Assembly (NCBI GenBank): GCA_963666515.2
Contig: OY762897.2
Coordinates: 96,001-160,000, forward strand
DNA: 64,000 nt
DNA from: Candidatus Binatia bacterium
GTDB lineage: Bacteria; Desulfobacterota; Binatia; UBA9968; JAJDTQ01
Direction: 5' to 3'
Made by a program: the position numbers and the translations under genes. Of the stretch, positions 38,902-47,698 are shown piece by piece (position 1 is the stretch's first letter; each line of letters opens with the position of its first letter). Under the pieces are notes generated by a model. The model saw only the letters and a list, made by a program, of their open reading frames with translations. It was not told the DNA's origin and made no database searches.

Positions 38902-40329
38902 TCAGATTTCACATAACTCGGGCCAGCGCTTGCGGATGCGCTCCTTCAGCGCGGGGCTGGCCTCCGCGACCTTGGGGAACGTGTCCCGTTGGTTCCAGGG
39001 GCGGCAGGCGTCGATGAGCATCCGCTTGTTGAGGTTCCGGCGGTCGGCGGGGTAGGCCATGGGGTCCAGGGGGCTGCTCCAGCAGTTGCGTACGATGTCG
39101 AGATCGGTGTCCGGGTCCAAGCGCGTGCACATGGCCCACAACACCGCGTCCGCGTCGGTGGGATCGATGTCGTCATCGACGATGACGATCATCTTGTTGA
39201 GGTAGGATCCCGCGTAGGAGCCTGCGGCGGCCATGGCGGCCTGTTTCGAGTGGCCCTGGTACAACTGGGTGATGGCGATGGTGATGAACATCTGGCTGCC
39301 GCAGCCCTCGTGGTTCCACACGCCCTTGATGCCGGGGACCCCCGCCGCCTCCATTTGTTCCCAGATGGCCGAGCTGCTCAGGAAGCTGGAAATGTAGGTG
39401 TCGTCGCTGGGAGGCTTGCGCGGCGGGGTGCCGAGGATGATGGGGTCGTTCCGGTGCATCAGCGACGCGACCTCGATGACCGGCTGTTTCTCGCGGCCCC
39501 CCGCGTAGTAGCCGGTCCACTCTCCGAACGGGCCTTCGGGCTCGAAGCGCCCCGGCGGGATGTGACCCTCGACGGCGATCTCGGCGGTCGCCGGAAGCGG
39601 CAGATTCGTGACCGGGCCGTGAATGACGTCCACGGGCTCTCCCCGGATTCCCCCGGCCACGTCGTATTCACAGACCCCGGAGGCGGCGTGGAGTCCGGCC
39701 ATAAGGTAGATCAACGGGTCGTGCCCAAAGGAGACGGCGACCGGGCAGGGTTCGTTCCGGCTCCAGTATTTCTCCATGATGAGCCGGCCCTGCTTTCCCC
39801 CGGTGATCATGATCCCCAGGGTGTTCCGGTCGTGGACGGCTACCCTGTAGCAGCCCACGTTGACCCAGTCGGAGTCCGGGTCCTTCATGATGACCGCGCA
39901 GCCTGTTCCCAGATAGCGCCCGCCGTCGTCCTCGTGCCAAGTGGGGGTGGGGAAGCGGAGCATGTCGATGTCCGCCCCCGTGGCGACGTTCTCAAGCAGC
40001 GGCCCGGTGTCTACCACCCGCGGCTCGATGCCGGGCAGGGCGCCGTGAAACCGGCGGCAGTGCTCCACCATCTCCCGAAGCGACAGGTTCCGCGGGATGC
40101 CCAGGGTCACGGCCACGCGCTCGGGCGCCGTGGTGACGTTGGAGAGCACGCGAAAACCCGGCGGATAACTTGGTATGCGGTCGAAGAGCAGCGCCGGGCG
40201 GCCCACCTTTTCCATGTAGAGGTCGGTGAGGCCGCCGATGCCCTCGTCACAATCGGCCCCGTCCACGCGGCGGAGCTGGCCCAGGCCGTCGATACGGTCG
40301 ATCCAGTCACGCAGATCGTTTACGGGCAT
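38902..40329 (-). CDS. UbiD-family (prFMN-dependent) decarboxylase
   Basis: DLRDWI, PALLFD.I, DGGRY, NVGCYR, EGPFGEWTGYY, IVDDDID, VLWAMCTR. Confidence 0.92.
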   Translation of the reverse strand: MPVNDLRDWIDRIDGLGQLRRVDGADCDEGIGGLTDLYMEKVGRPALLFDRIPSYPPGFRVLSNVTTAPERVAVTLGIPRNLSLREMVEHCRRFHGALPGIEPRVVDTGPLLENVATGADIDMLRFPTPTWHEDDGGRYLGTGCAVIMKDPDSDWVNVGCYRVAVHDRNTLGIMITGGKQGRLIMEKYWSRNEPCPVAVSFGHDPLIYLMAGLHAASGVCEYDVAGGIRGEPVDVIHGPVTNLPLPATAEIAVEGHIPPGRFEPEGPFGEWTGYYAGGREKQPVIEVASLMHRNDPIILGTPPRKPPSDDTYISSFLSSSAIWEQMEAAGVPGIKGVWNHEGCGSQMFITIAITQLYQGHSKQAAMAAAGSYAGSYLNKMIVIVDDDIDPTDADAVLWAMCTRLDPDTDLDIVRNCWSSPLDPMAYPADRRNLNKRMLIDACRPWNQRDTFPKVAEASPALKERIRKRWPELCEI

Positions 40330-40358
40330 GCGCGTTCGCTCCGTTTTTCGGTACAGGT

Positions 40359-41828
40359 TCAGTAGAGGAACCGGCTGCCCGGCGTGCGCGGGATGTAGCG
40401 GCCCTTGCCGGTGGCAACGATCCGGGACTTGGGCTCTCCCTCGGGCCATTCCGTCAGCACCTCGCCCCTCAGGATCGTCATGACGGGCCAGCCGGTCATC
40501 TCGCGCCCTTCGAGGATCGTCCATCCCGGACGGGTGTGGACCAGATCGTTGGTGACGGTGACCTTGCGCTTCAGGTCGACGATCACCACGTCGCCGTCGG
40601 AACCGACTTGCAGGGAGCCCTTGCGCGGGTAGAGCCCGAAGATCCTCGCGGGCGCTTCGCACATCATCTCTACCAGCCGTTGCAGCGTGATTCTCCCCTT
40701 GTTGATCCCCTCGTCGAGCATCAGCGGCAGCATCATCTCGACCCGCGACGGGAAGCCGCTGGTGGTCTTCCACACGTCGCCCGGCACCTCCATCTCCGCG
40801 CGGGTTCCGTGCGAGACCACGTGGTCCGACCCCAGGGAGTCGATCTCGCCGTTCTTGCAGGCTTCCCACAGCAGCTCCATGGTCTCCGGGTACCTGAGCG
40901 GCACGTTGATCTTCCACGTGCCCGCGGGCAGGCAGAGATACACGGGATTGCTCTGGGCATATATCTCGACGCCCTCTTCCTTTGCCTGGCGGATGGCCAG
41001 CAACGACTCGCCGGTGGTCGTGTGCTGGACGTACATGGGGCATTTGGTGATCTTGGCCAGGTAGGCGTACTGGCGGATGTGATGGGCCTCGACGAAGTCC
41101 GGGGAACGGTCCGTCCATGCCTCCATGTCCATGCGCCCCGCGTCCATCAGGCGCTGGGAAAAGACCCGGACGATCTCGAAGTTCTCGGGATGGAAGGAGA
41201 CGATCCCCGGCGGTCCGATCCTGGCGACGTTTTCCAGGGTCTTGTACACCACCCCGTCGTCGAATCCCGTGGCCAGGCCGGAGCGGTAGACGTACCAGAG
41301 CTTGGCGGCGATGTGCGGATGTTTGGCGTGGCAGTAGAACTTGTACGATGTGACGCCGTACTTCTCCGCGTACTCGACGATCTCTTCGGCCTGCTGGTCC
41401 GTCTCGAGTTGCGGCGTGAAGTAGAAATCCGTGATGCAGTTCTCCTCGCCGGTCTTGATGGCGATGTCCATGACGTCGTGAAACGAAACCACGTCCTCCG
41501 GTCTCGTGTCTTGTACGAACGGCTTCTTCCCCATCCGGGGGCTCGGGTCCTGGATGCCCCAGGTGGTGACGCCTGCGGCGGCCGCGGCCGGCGATTCGGT
41601 CTCGAAGTCGATGTCGAGAGGGAACGAGTGGCCCGGATGACCCTCGGGATCGACGAGGCCCGGCAGGACATGCTTGCCGGCGGCGTCGATGACGCGGGCC
41701 GCGTCGATCTCGAGTCCCGGTTGGAGGATGGCCGCGACCTTTCCGTCCTTGATGGCCAGGTTCGCGGGACGGGTCCCTTCACGGAAGACGACGTTTCCGT
41801 TGGTAATCAAAAGATCGACACGTTCCAT
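40359..41828 (-). CDS. Cyclic amidohydrolase (dihydroorotase/allantoinase/hydantoinase family)
   Basis: IDAAGKHVLPGLVD, AAAAGVTT, SYKFY, FHPEN, QHTT, GSDH, PARIFGLYPRKGSL.VGSDGD. Confidence 0.88.
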   Translation of the reverse strand: MERVDLLITNGNVVFREGTRPANLAIKDGKVAAILQPGLEIDAARVIDAAGKHVLPGLVDPEGHPGHSFPLDIDFETESPAAAAAGVTTWGIQDPSPRMGKKPFVQDTRPEDVVSFHDVMDIAIKTGEENCITDFYFTPQLETDQQAEEIVEYAEKYGVTSYKFYCHAKHPHIAAKLWYVYRSGLATGFDDGVVYKTLENVARIGPPGIVSFHPENFEIVRVFSQRLMDAGRMDMEAWTDRSPDFVEAHHIRQYAYLAKITKCPMYVQHTTTGESLLAIRQAKEEGVEIYAQSNPVYLCLPAGTWKINVPLRYPETMELLWEACKNGEIDSLGSDHVVSHGTRAEMEVPGDVWKTTSGFPSRVEMMLPLMLDEGINKGRITLQRLVEMMCEAPARIFGLYPRKGSLQVGSDGDVVIVDLKRKVTVTNDLVHTRPGWTILEGREMTGWPVMTILRGEVLTEWPEGEPKSRIVATGKGRYIPRTPGSRFLY

Positions 41829-41848
41829 GCGCGACTCCTTTCACTGAA

Positions 41849-42838
41849 TCACAGGCAGCCAAATTCCTTGTAGTAGCGCTCGGCCCCGGGGTGCAGCGGC
41901 ACGACGCATCCGGTGCACAGATGTTCCGGCGTGATGGGGACCTCGATGTCCCTCAAATGAGGCGGCAGGTCCTTGTAGGGGGCGGCGATCCGGTCCCTGC
42001 GCTCCATGCTCGTCCGCGCCAGCAGATAGGCGATCTCCTCCGGAAGATCGGCCCGGCAAAACAGCAGCCAGCCGCCGAAGCTCAGGGTCAGAAGGTCGCG
42101 CTCGATTCCCTTGAGGCGGCCCGCGGGGATGATGGCCGGATCGTATCCGTAGGTCTGCTGCATGTGCGCCACGGCCCGCGGGTCCAGGGGCAGGGCGCGC
42201 ATGGGCCTAGCGTTGGCCAGCTCTTCCCAGGATTCGTCGTGGACGCCTTCCTGGAAGACCGCGTTTCCCTCGCCGCGCTTGACCATGGGCACGCCGACGA
42301 CGGCGGGGCCTGGGAACAGCACCTGGCCTCCCCAGGAGTTGATGTCGTCGTAGCTGAAACCGTACCACTTCATGACCTGCTCCACGGTCCACGTCAGCGT
42401 GTCCGGGCCCGTGGGCCCAACCCGCCCCGACACCAGGGTCATGGCCGGCTTGCGCGCCGCGATGTCCTCCATGGAGTGGATGCCGAGCTCTTCCGCCACG
42501 AGCCAGAAGATGTAGTCGGGTTCGGGGAATCGCGCGATGGCTCGCAACTCGCCGACGCTGGCATGGAACAACCCTTTCCCCTCAGTGGCCATCCTCGCAT
42601 TCACGGGCGGGTTGGTGATGCCCACGTCGGCCAGCCCGGCGCCCACGGTCTTGGGGTTCTCCAGGGACCCGAGCCCGAACCGGCCCGTGAAGACGCCGAC
42701 GCTCGCGATCAGTCCCGGTTCTTCGCGATAGCCGTTCAAGCCTTCGGCCAACTCGTCGGTGATGCGCCACCAGGGATGGGACGGGGAATGGGACGCGATT
42801 CTGAGGATGTAACCGCCGCTGTGATCTTTCTCGGGCAT
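41849..42838 (-). CDS. TAXI-family TRAP solute-binding-like protein
   Basis: GSLEN..V..G.ADVGI, LRAIA, IPAG..KG, DLPEEIAY, VPLHPGAERYYKE.G. Confidence 0.8.
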   Translation of the reverse strand: MPEKDHSGGYILRIASHSPSHPWWRITDELAEGLNGYREEPGLIASVGVFTGRFGLGSLENPKTVGAGLADVGITNPPVNARMATEGKGLFHASVGELRAIARFPEPDYIFWLVAEELGIHSMEDIAARKPAMTLVSGRVGPTGPDTLTWTVEQVMKWYGFSYDDINSWGGQVLFPGPAVVGVPMVKRGEGNAVFQEGVHDESWEELANARPMRALPLDPRAVAHMQQTYGYDPAIIPAGRLKGIERDLLTLSFGGWLLFCRADLPEEIAYLLARTSMERRDRIAAPYKDLPPHLRDIEVPITPEHLCTGCVVPLHPGAERYYKEFGCL

Positions 42839-43091
42839 TCGGTCGTCACCCTCCTTCGGGTGTGATTCGGGGCCAGGGAGCCCGTTTCCGGCCCGGACAA
42901 TAGCATCGGCTTTTTTCCCAGGTCAAATACGCCGGGGCCGCCTATGGAACAGTCTTGCGCGGACGTTCGTGTCTGCCCTATACAGGGCGAGTGGGTGGAT
43001 CGGAGGTGCCCGGCAGACGGTATGTCCCCAGGAAGCCGGGCCGGTATTTGTATCCCGTGTGAGGACGGTCGGAGCGCGAAGGGATACGGAG

Positions 43092-44537
43092 ATGGAAGAG
43101 CGGGACCTGGAAGCACTGACGATTTCACGGTTGGCCGGGCGGATCGAGAGCCGGGAGGTATCTCCGGTCGATCTGACGAATCTCGTGTTCGAGCGGATCG
43201 AACGGCTGAATCCCGTCCTGAACGCGTACGTGACGCTGACGAAGGAGCAGGCGCTCGCCGATGCCGGCGCCGCGGCCAAGGAGATCGAGAGCGGGCACTA
43301 CCGCGGCCCGCTCCATGGAGTCCCCGTTTCCATCAAGGACAACATCGCCATCCAGGGCGTTCGCACCACCGCGGGGTCGAAGACGCTTTCCGACTGGAAG
43401 CCCGATCACGACGCAACGGTGGTGACCAGGCTCAGGGCCGCGGGCGCCGTGATCCTGGGCAAGACCCACATGCACGAGTGGGCCAAGTCGAGCCATACCA
43501 ACAACGTCTTCTACGGTCCCAGCCGCAATCCCTGGGACGTGACCCGCGCCACCGGCGGGTCGAGCGGCGGCTCCGCGGCCGCGGTGGCGGCGAGCCTGGG
43601 CTTGGCGTCCATCGGCACCGACAGCGCCGGCTCGGTGCGGAATCCCGCGGGGCTCTGCGGCATCGCCGGTCTGAAGCCCACCCACGGGAGAGTGAGCATG
43701 TTCGGCGGCGTCCCCGGCACGGGGCCCGCTGCCATCAATCACTTCGGCGTGCTGGCCAGGACGGTGGAGGACTGTTCGCTGGTGCTGAACTGCATCGCCG
43801 GCGTGGACCCGCAGGATCCCGTCAGCGCCGACGTGCCCGTGCCGGACTATTCCGGCGGCATCGGGAAGGACGTCGGCGGACTGAAGGTGGGACTGATCCG
43901 GGACTACTTCGACGGCTTGATGTTCGACGAGGTCCGGCAGGTCTTCACGGAGGCCGTGGCTTTCCTCGGCTCCATCGGACTCGCCACCGAGGAGGTCGAG
44001 GTCCCGCACATGGAGCTTCTGCCGGCGGCGCAGGCGTGCATCGCCCGGGTGGAGGACATGCCGGACCACGACCACTACCTGCGCACCCGGCCGCGGGACT
44101 ACAGCCCGGGGATGCTGAGGAACCTCATCGGATCGCTGCTGATATCCGGCAGCGCCGTCAACACCGCGCACCGGGTGCGGCGGCTTGTCTACGAGGGATT
44201 CGAGCGGGCCTTCGAGCGCGTCGACGTGATCGTAGTCCCCACCACCGCCTTTCCCGCGCCCACCATCGAGGAGCTGGACCGGGGCTCCGCCCGCATCGAC
44301 GGGCGGGACGTCCGGCTCTCGGACCACCGCGGCAACCTGTTCACGCTGTGCACGATCCCGTTCAACCAGACCGGGCTGCCGGCCCTCAGCGTGTGCTGCG
44401 GCTTTTCCTCCTCGGGCCTGCCCATCGGCATGCAGATCGTCGGCAGGCCCTTCGACGAGGAGACGGTCCTGCGCGTCGGCCACGTCTACGAGCGCGCCGC
44501 GGGGTGGTACAAGAGGACACCGGAGCTGCCGGGATGA
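43092..44537 (+). CDS. Amidase signature family enzyme
   Basis: GPLHGVPVSIKD, NPWD...TGGSSGGSAAAVA, GTDSAGSVRNPA (K-S-S triad), GLPIGMQ. Confidence 0.93.
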   Translation: MEERDLEALTISRLAGRIESREVSPVDLTNLVFERIERLNPVLNAYVTLTKEQALADAGAAAKEIESGHYRGPLHGVPVSIKDNIAIQGVRTTAGSKTLSDWKPDHDATVVTRLRAAGAVILGKTHMHEWAKSSHTNNVFYGPSRNPWDVTRATGGSSGGSAAAVAASLGLASIGTDSAGSVRNPAGLCGIAGLKPTHGRVSMFGGVPGTGPAAINHFGVLARTVEDCSLVLNCIAGVDPQDPVSADVPVPDYSGGIGKDVGGLKVGLIRDYFDGLMFDEVRQVFTEAVAFLGSIGLATEEVEVPHMELLPAAQACIARVEDMPDHDHYLRTRPRDYSPGMLRNLIGSLLISGSAVNTAHRVRRLVYEGFERAFERVDVIVVPTTAFPAPTIEELDRGSARIDGRDVRLSDHRGNLFTLCTIPFNQTGLPALSVCCGFSSSGLPIGMQIVGRPFDEETVLRVGHVYERAAGWYKRTPELPG

Positions 44538-44562
44538 AGGACGTGATGGCGACATATCGAAC

Positions 44563-44592
44563 CCGTCATTCCGGCGAAAGCCGGAATCCAGG
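44563..44592. repeat. CGTC-type REP-like palindromic element, copy 2 (intergenic)
   Basis: CCGTCATTCCGGCGAAAGCCGGAATCCAGG, identical to 30568-30597. Confidence 0.75.
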
Positions 44593-44652
44593 GGTGGAGG
44601 GGCCGAAGGGGTAGCTCCGTGAGTTGAGTTGATTCCCGTCAGGGAGGTGACC

Positions 44653-45495
44653 ATGCCGCGCGTAGCGGTCGCACAGTTCAGCGGGAACGTGGATTGGCGG
44701 GAGAACATCGCCGCGGTGCGCCGGCTCGCGCGGCGCGCGGCCGAGGCGGGCGCGGACATGGTCTGCTTCCACGAGGTGGCCAGCACCATCTATCCCGCGT
44801 TCACCAACGACCCGGAGTTCTTCCGGCTGGCCGAGCCCGAGGACGGCCCGTCCGTGACGGAGGCCCGGAACATCGCGCGGGAGGCGGGTCTGGCGCTGGT
44901 CTACCCGTTCTTCGAGCGGGAGGGGGAGCACTACTACAACAGCGCGGTGGTGTTCGGCCGCGACGGCGGGCGGCTCACCAAGTACCGCAAGAACACGATT
45001 CCCAGCGGACTCGGGCGGCTGGTGGGCACCACCGGCAGCGAGGAGTACTACTTCCGGCCGGGGGACCTGGGGTTCCCGGTGGTGCAGACGGACCTGGGCG
45101 TCAAGCTCGGCCTCAACATCTGCTACGACCGGAACCTGCCGGAACCGGCCCGGTGCGCGGCCCTGAACGGCGCCGAACTGCTGTGCGTGCCGGTGACCAG
45201 CACCCAGCGGGCGCGCTCGCGCTGGGAGATGCTGCTGTGCGCGCGGGCGGTGGAGAACGTCATGTACGTGGCGGCGCCCAACCGGGTGGGCGTGGACCGA
45301 GGCGGGGCGCCCGAGTTCTATTTCGGCGAGAGCCTGATCATCAACCCGCGCGGCGAGATCGTCGCCCACGCCAGCGCCACCGAGGAAGACGTGGTGTGGG
45401 CCGACCTGGACCTCGACCTGCTGGAGAGCCAGCGCAAGAACTGGATATTCTTCACGGACCGCAGGCCCGACCAGTACGCGGCCATCAGGCGGTGA
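44653..45495 (+). CDS. Carbon-nitrogen hydrolase (N-carbamoylase/beta-ureidopropionase-like)
   Basis: FHE, YRK..IP, E.YYF.PGDLGFPV, ICYDR, NRVG, DRRPDQY (E-K-C triad). Confidence 0.92.
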   Translation: MPRVAVAQFSGNVDWRENIAAVRRLARRAAEAGADMVCFHEVASTIYPAFTNDPEFFRLAEPEDGPSVTEARNIAREAGLALVYPFFEREGEHYYNSAVVFGRDGGRLTKYRKNTIPSGLGRLVGTTGSEEYYFRPGDLGFPVVQTDLGVKLGLNICYDRNLPEPARCAALNGAELLCVPVTSTQRARSRWEMLLCARAVENVMYVAAPNRVGVDRGGAPEFYFGESLIINPRGEIVAHASATEEDVVWADLDLDLLESQRKNWIFFTDRRPDQYAAIRR

Positions 45496-45542
45496 CTCAG
45501 GACGTTAGAGGCAGGACCCGAGTCGAAGTCACGGAGAACCAC

Positions 45543-47645
45543 ATGGAGTACAACCTGGGCGTGGATATCGGCGGCACCTTCACCGACTGCGTGGTCGTGG
45601 ACGAAACCGGCGAGCTGACCGTGGGCAAGTCGCTGTCCACGCCGGACAACTTCGCTCTCGGGGTCCTCAACGCGGTGCGCAATGCCGCGGAGCACCTGGG
45701 CATGACCGGCGAGGAAGCGCTGCTGCACACCGCCAGGCTCTTCTTCCACGGCTGCACGGTGGGGGACAACACGCTGCTCACGCGTTCGGGGGCCAGGACC
45801 GGGCTCATCACCACCAAGGGGTTCGCCGACAGCATCTACATGATGCGCGGGCGCATGACCGAAGGGCTCACCGAGGCCGAGACCGCCCATTTCTACGCCC
45901 TCACCAAGCCGGACCCGCTGGTGCCCCGGAGGCTCATCGGGGAGGTGAAGGAGCGCGTCGACTACAAGGGCGCGGTGGTGGTGGAGTTGGACCTCGACGA
46001 GGCCGCGGCCGTGGTGGACCGGCTGGTGGCCGAGGGGGTGACCGCGGTGGCCGTCTCGCTGCTGTGGTCCATCGCCAACGACAGCCATGAAAGGGCGCTG
46101 GAGGAACTGATCAAGGCGCGGCATCCCCACCTGTTCGTGAGCTTGTCCTCGGAGGTGGCGCCTTACCTGGGCGAGTACGAACGCACCATCACCACCATCT
46201 TCAACTCCTACATCGGCCCTACCATCTCGTCGTACCTGTCCAACCTGCGCGAATCCCTGTCGGCCAAGGGGCTGCACAACGCGCCGCTCATCATGCAGGC
46301 CTACGGCGGCGTGCTCGACAGCGACGCGTGCGTGCGCCGGGGCGTGGGCCTGGTGGAGTCGGGGCCGGCCGCGGGCGTGGTAGGGGGGCAGTACTTCTGT
46401 GACAAGATCGACGAGCCCAACATGCTGGTCACCGACATGGGCGGCACCACCTTCAAGGTGGGGCTGGTGCGGGAAGGCCGCATCGAGAAGAACTACAGCC
46501 CGGTGATCCTGCGCCACGCCGTGCTGGCCACCAAGATCTGGGTGGAGTCCATCGGTGCCGGCGGCGGCAGCATCGGCTGGGTGGACGAAGAGAAGGGACT
46601 CATGAAGGTGGGACCCCAGGGGGCGGGCGCCAAGCCCGGGCCGGCGAGCTACGGTCTGGGCGGCACCGAGCCCACGGTTTCAGACGTCGACCTGGTGCTG
46701 GGGTATCTGAACCCCGATTATTTCCTGGGCGGGCGCATGACGCTCGACCGGGAGGCGGCGGAGCGGGCCATCCGGGAGAAGGTGGCGGACCCCTTGGGCA
46801 TGAGTCTCACCGATGCCGCCAGCGGGCTCTACCGCATCACCAACGCCCAGATGGCGGACCTGATCCGCCGCGCCACGGTGGAGCGCGGCCACGATCCCCG
46901 GAACTTCGTGCTGTTCGTGGAGGGCGGGGCCGGGCCGGTGCACTGCGGGCGGTACGCCGCGGAGTTGGGGATCCAGGAGGTGGTGGTGCCCATGACCTCG
47001 TCGGTGCACGGCGGCCTGGGCCTTTTGGCTTCGGACGTGGTGTTCGAGTACGGCAAGGCGGAACGGCTGGTGTATCCGCCGGACCCGGCCGCGGTCAACG
47101 CCACCTTCGCGGGGCTGCTGGACAAGGCCCGCGCGGACCTCGAGAAGATGGGGTTTGCGGGCGAGGAAATCGCCGTCATCCGCAGCCTGGACATGCGCTA
47201 CCGCTTCCAGTGCCACGAGTTGAACGCCGAGTTGCCGCCGGGGACCGCCGAGTTGGGCATGGAGGACTTCCAGTGGCTCGACCAGGCCTTCGACGATCTG
47301 TACGAGAAGTCCTACGGTCCGGGGTCGGGCTACCGTGAGGCGGGCAAGGAGATCATCACCTTCCGGCTGCGCGCGGTGGGCAAGATCCAGCACCCCAACA
47401 TCAAGCGGTACGCCATGGGCGCCGCGGACCCCGGCGACGCCTTCAAGGGGAAGCGCGACGCCTACTTCGAGCAGGAACGGGATTTTCTCCCCGCCGACAT
47501 CTACGACTTCGACCGGCTCAAGCCCGGCATGGAGATCCGGGGCGCCGGGATCGTCGAGAGCCCGGTGACCACCATCGTCGTCGGCCCGGGCGACACCGCG
47601 GTGATGGACGAGTACCGCAACATCAGGATGCACGTGCAGGTATGA
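45543..47645 (+). CDS. Hydantoinase A/oxoprolinase family ATP-binding subunit
   Basis: GVDIGGTFTD, TTKGF.D, ESGPAAG, DMGGTT, IGAGGGSI, GAGP.H; start MEYNL at 45543. Confidence 0.93.
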   Translation: MEYNLGVDIGGTFTDCVVVDETGELTVGKSLSTPDNFALGVLNAVRNAAEHLGMTGEEALLHTARLFFHGCTVGDNTLLTRSGARTGLITTKGFADSIYMMRGRMTEGLTEAETAHFYALTKPDPLVPRRLIGEVKERVDYKGAVVVELDLDEAAAVVDRLVAEGVTAVAVSLLWSIANDSHERALEELIKARHPHLFVSLSSEVAPYLGEYERTITTIFNSYIGPTISSYLSNLRESLSAKGLHNAPLIMQAYGGVLDSDACVRRGVGLVESGPAAGVVGGQYFCDKIDEPNMLVTDMGGTTFKVGLVREGRIEKNYSPVILRHAVLATKIWVESIGAGGGSIGWVDEEKGLMKVGPQGAGAKPGPASYGLGGTEPTVSDVDLVLGYLNPDYFLGGRMTLDREAAERAIREKVADPLGMSLTDAASGLYRITNAQMADLIRRATVERGHDPRNFVLFVEGGAGPVHCGRYAAELGIQEVVVPMTSSVHGGLGLLASDVVFEYGKAERLVYPPDPAAVNATFAGLLDKARADLEKMGFAGEEIAVIRSLDMRYRFQCHELNAELPPGTAELGMEDFQWLDQAFDDLYEKSYGPGSGYREAGKEIITFRLRAVGKIQHPNIKRYAMGAADPGDAFKGKRDAYFEQERDFLPADIYDFDRLKPGMEIRGAGIVESPVTTIVVGPGDTAVMDEYRNIRMHVQV

Positions 47646-47698
47646 CGTGCAGGGCGCGGCCGCGGTGAATCGCGGGACCGCCAACCGGGGAGCATTCC

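Noticed and set aside
43092-44537. gatA (Glu-tRNA amidotransferase subunit A)
   Set aside because: No gatB or gatC nearby, and the context is catabolic; called a generic amidase.
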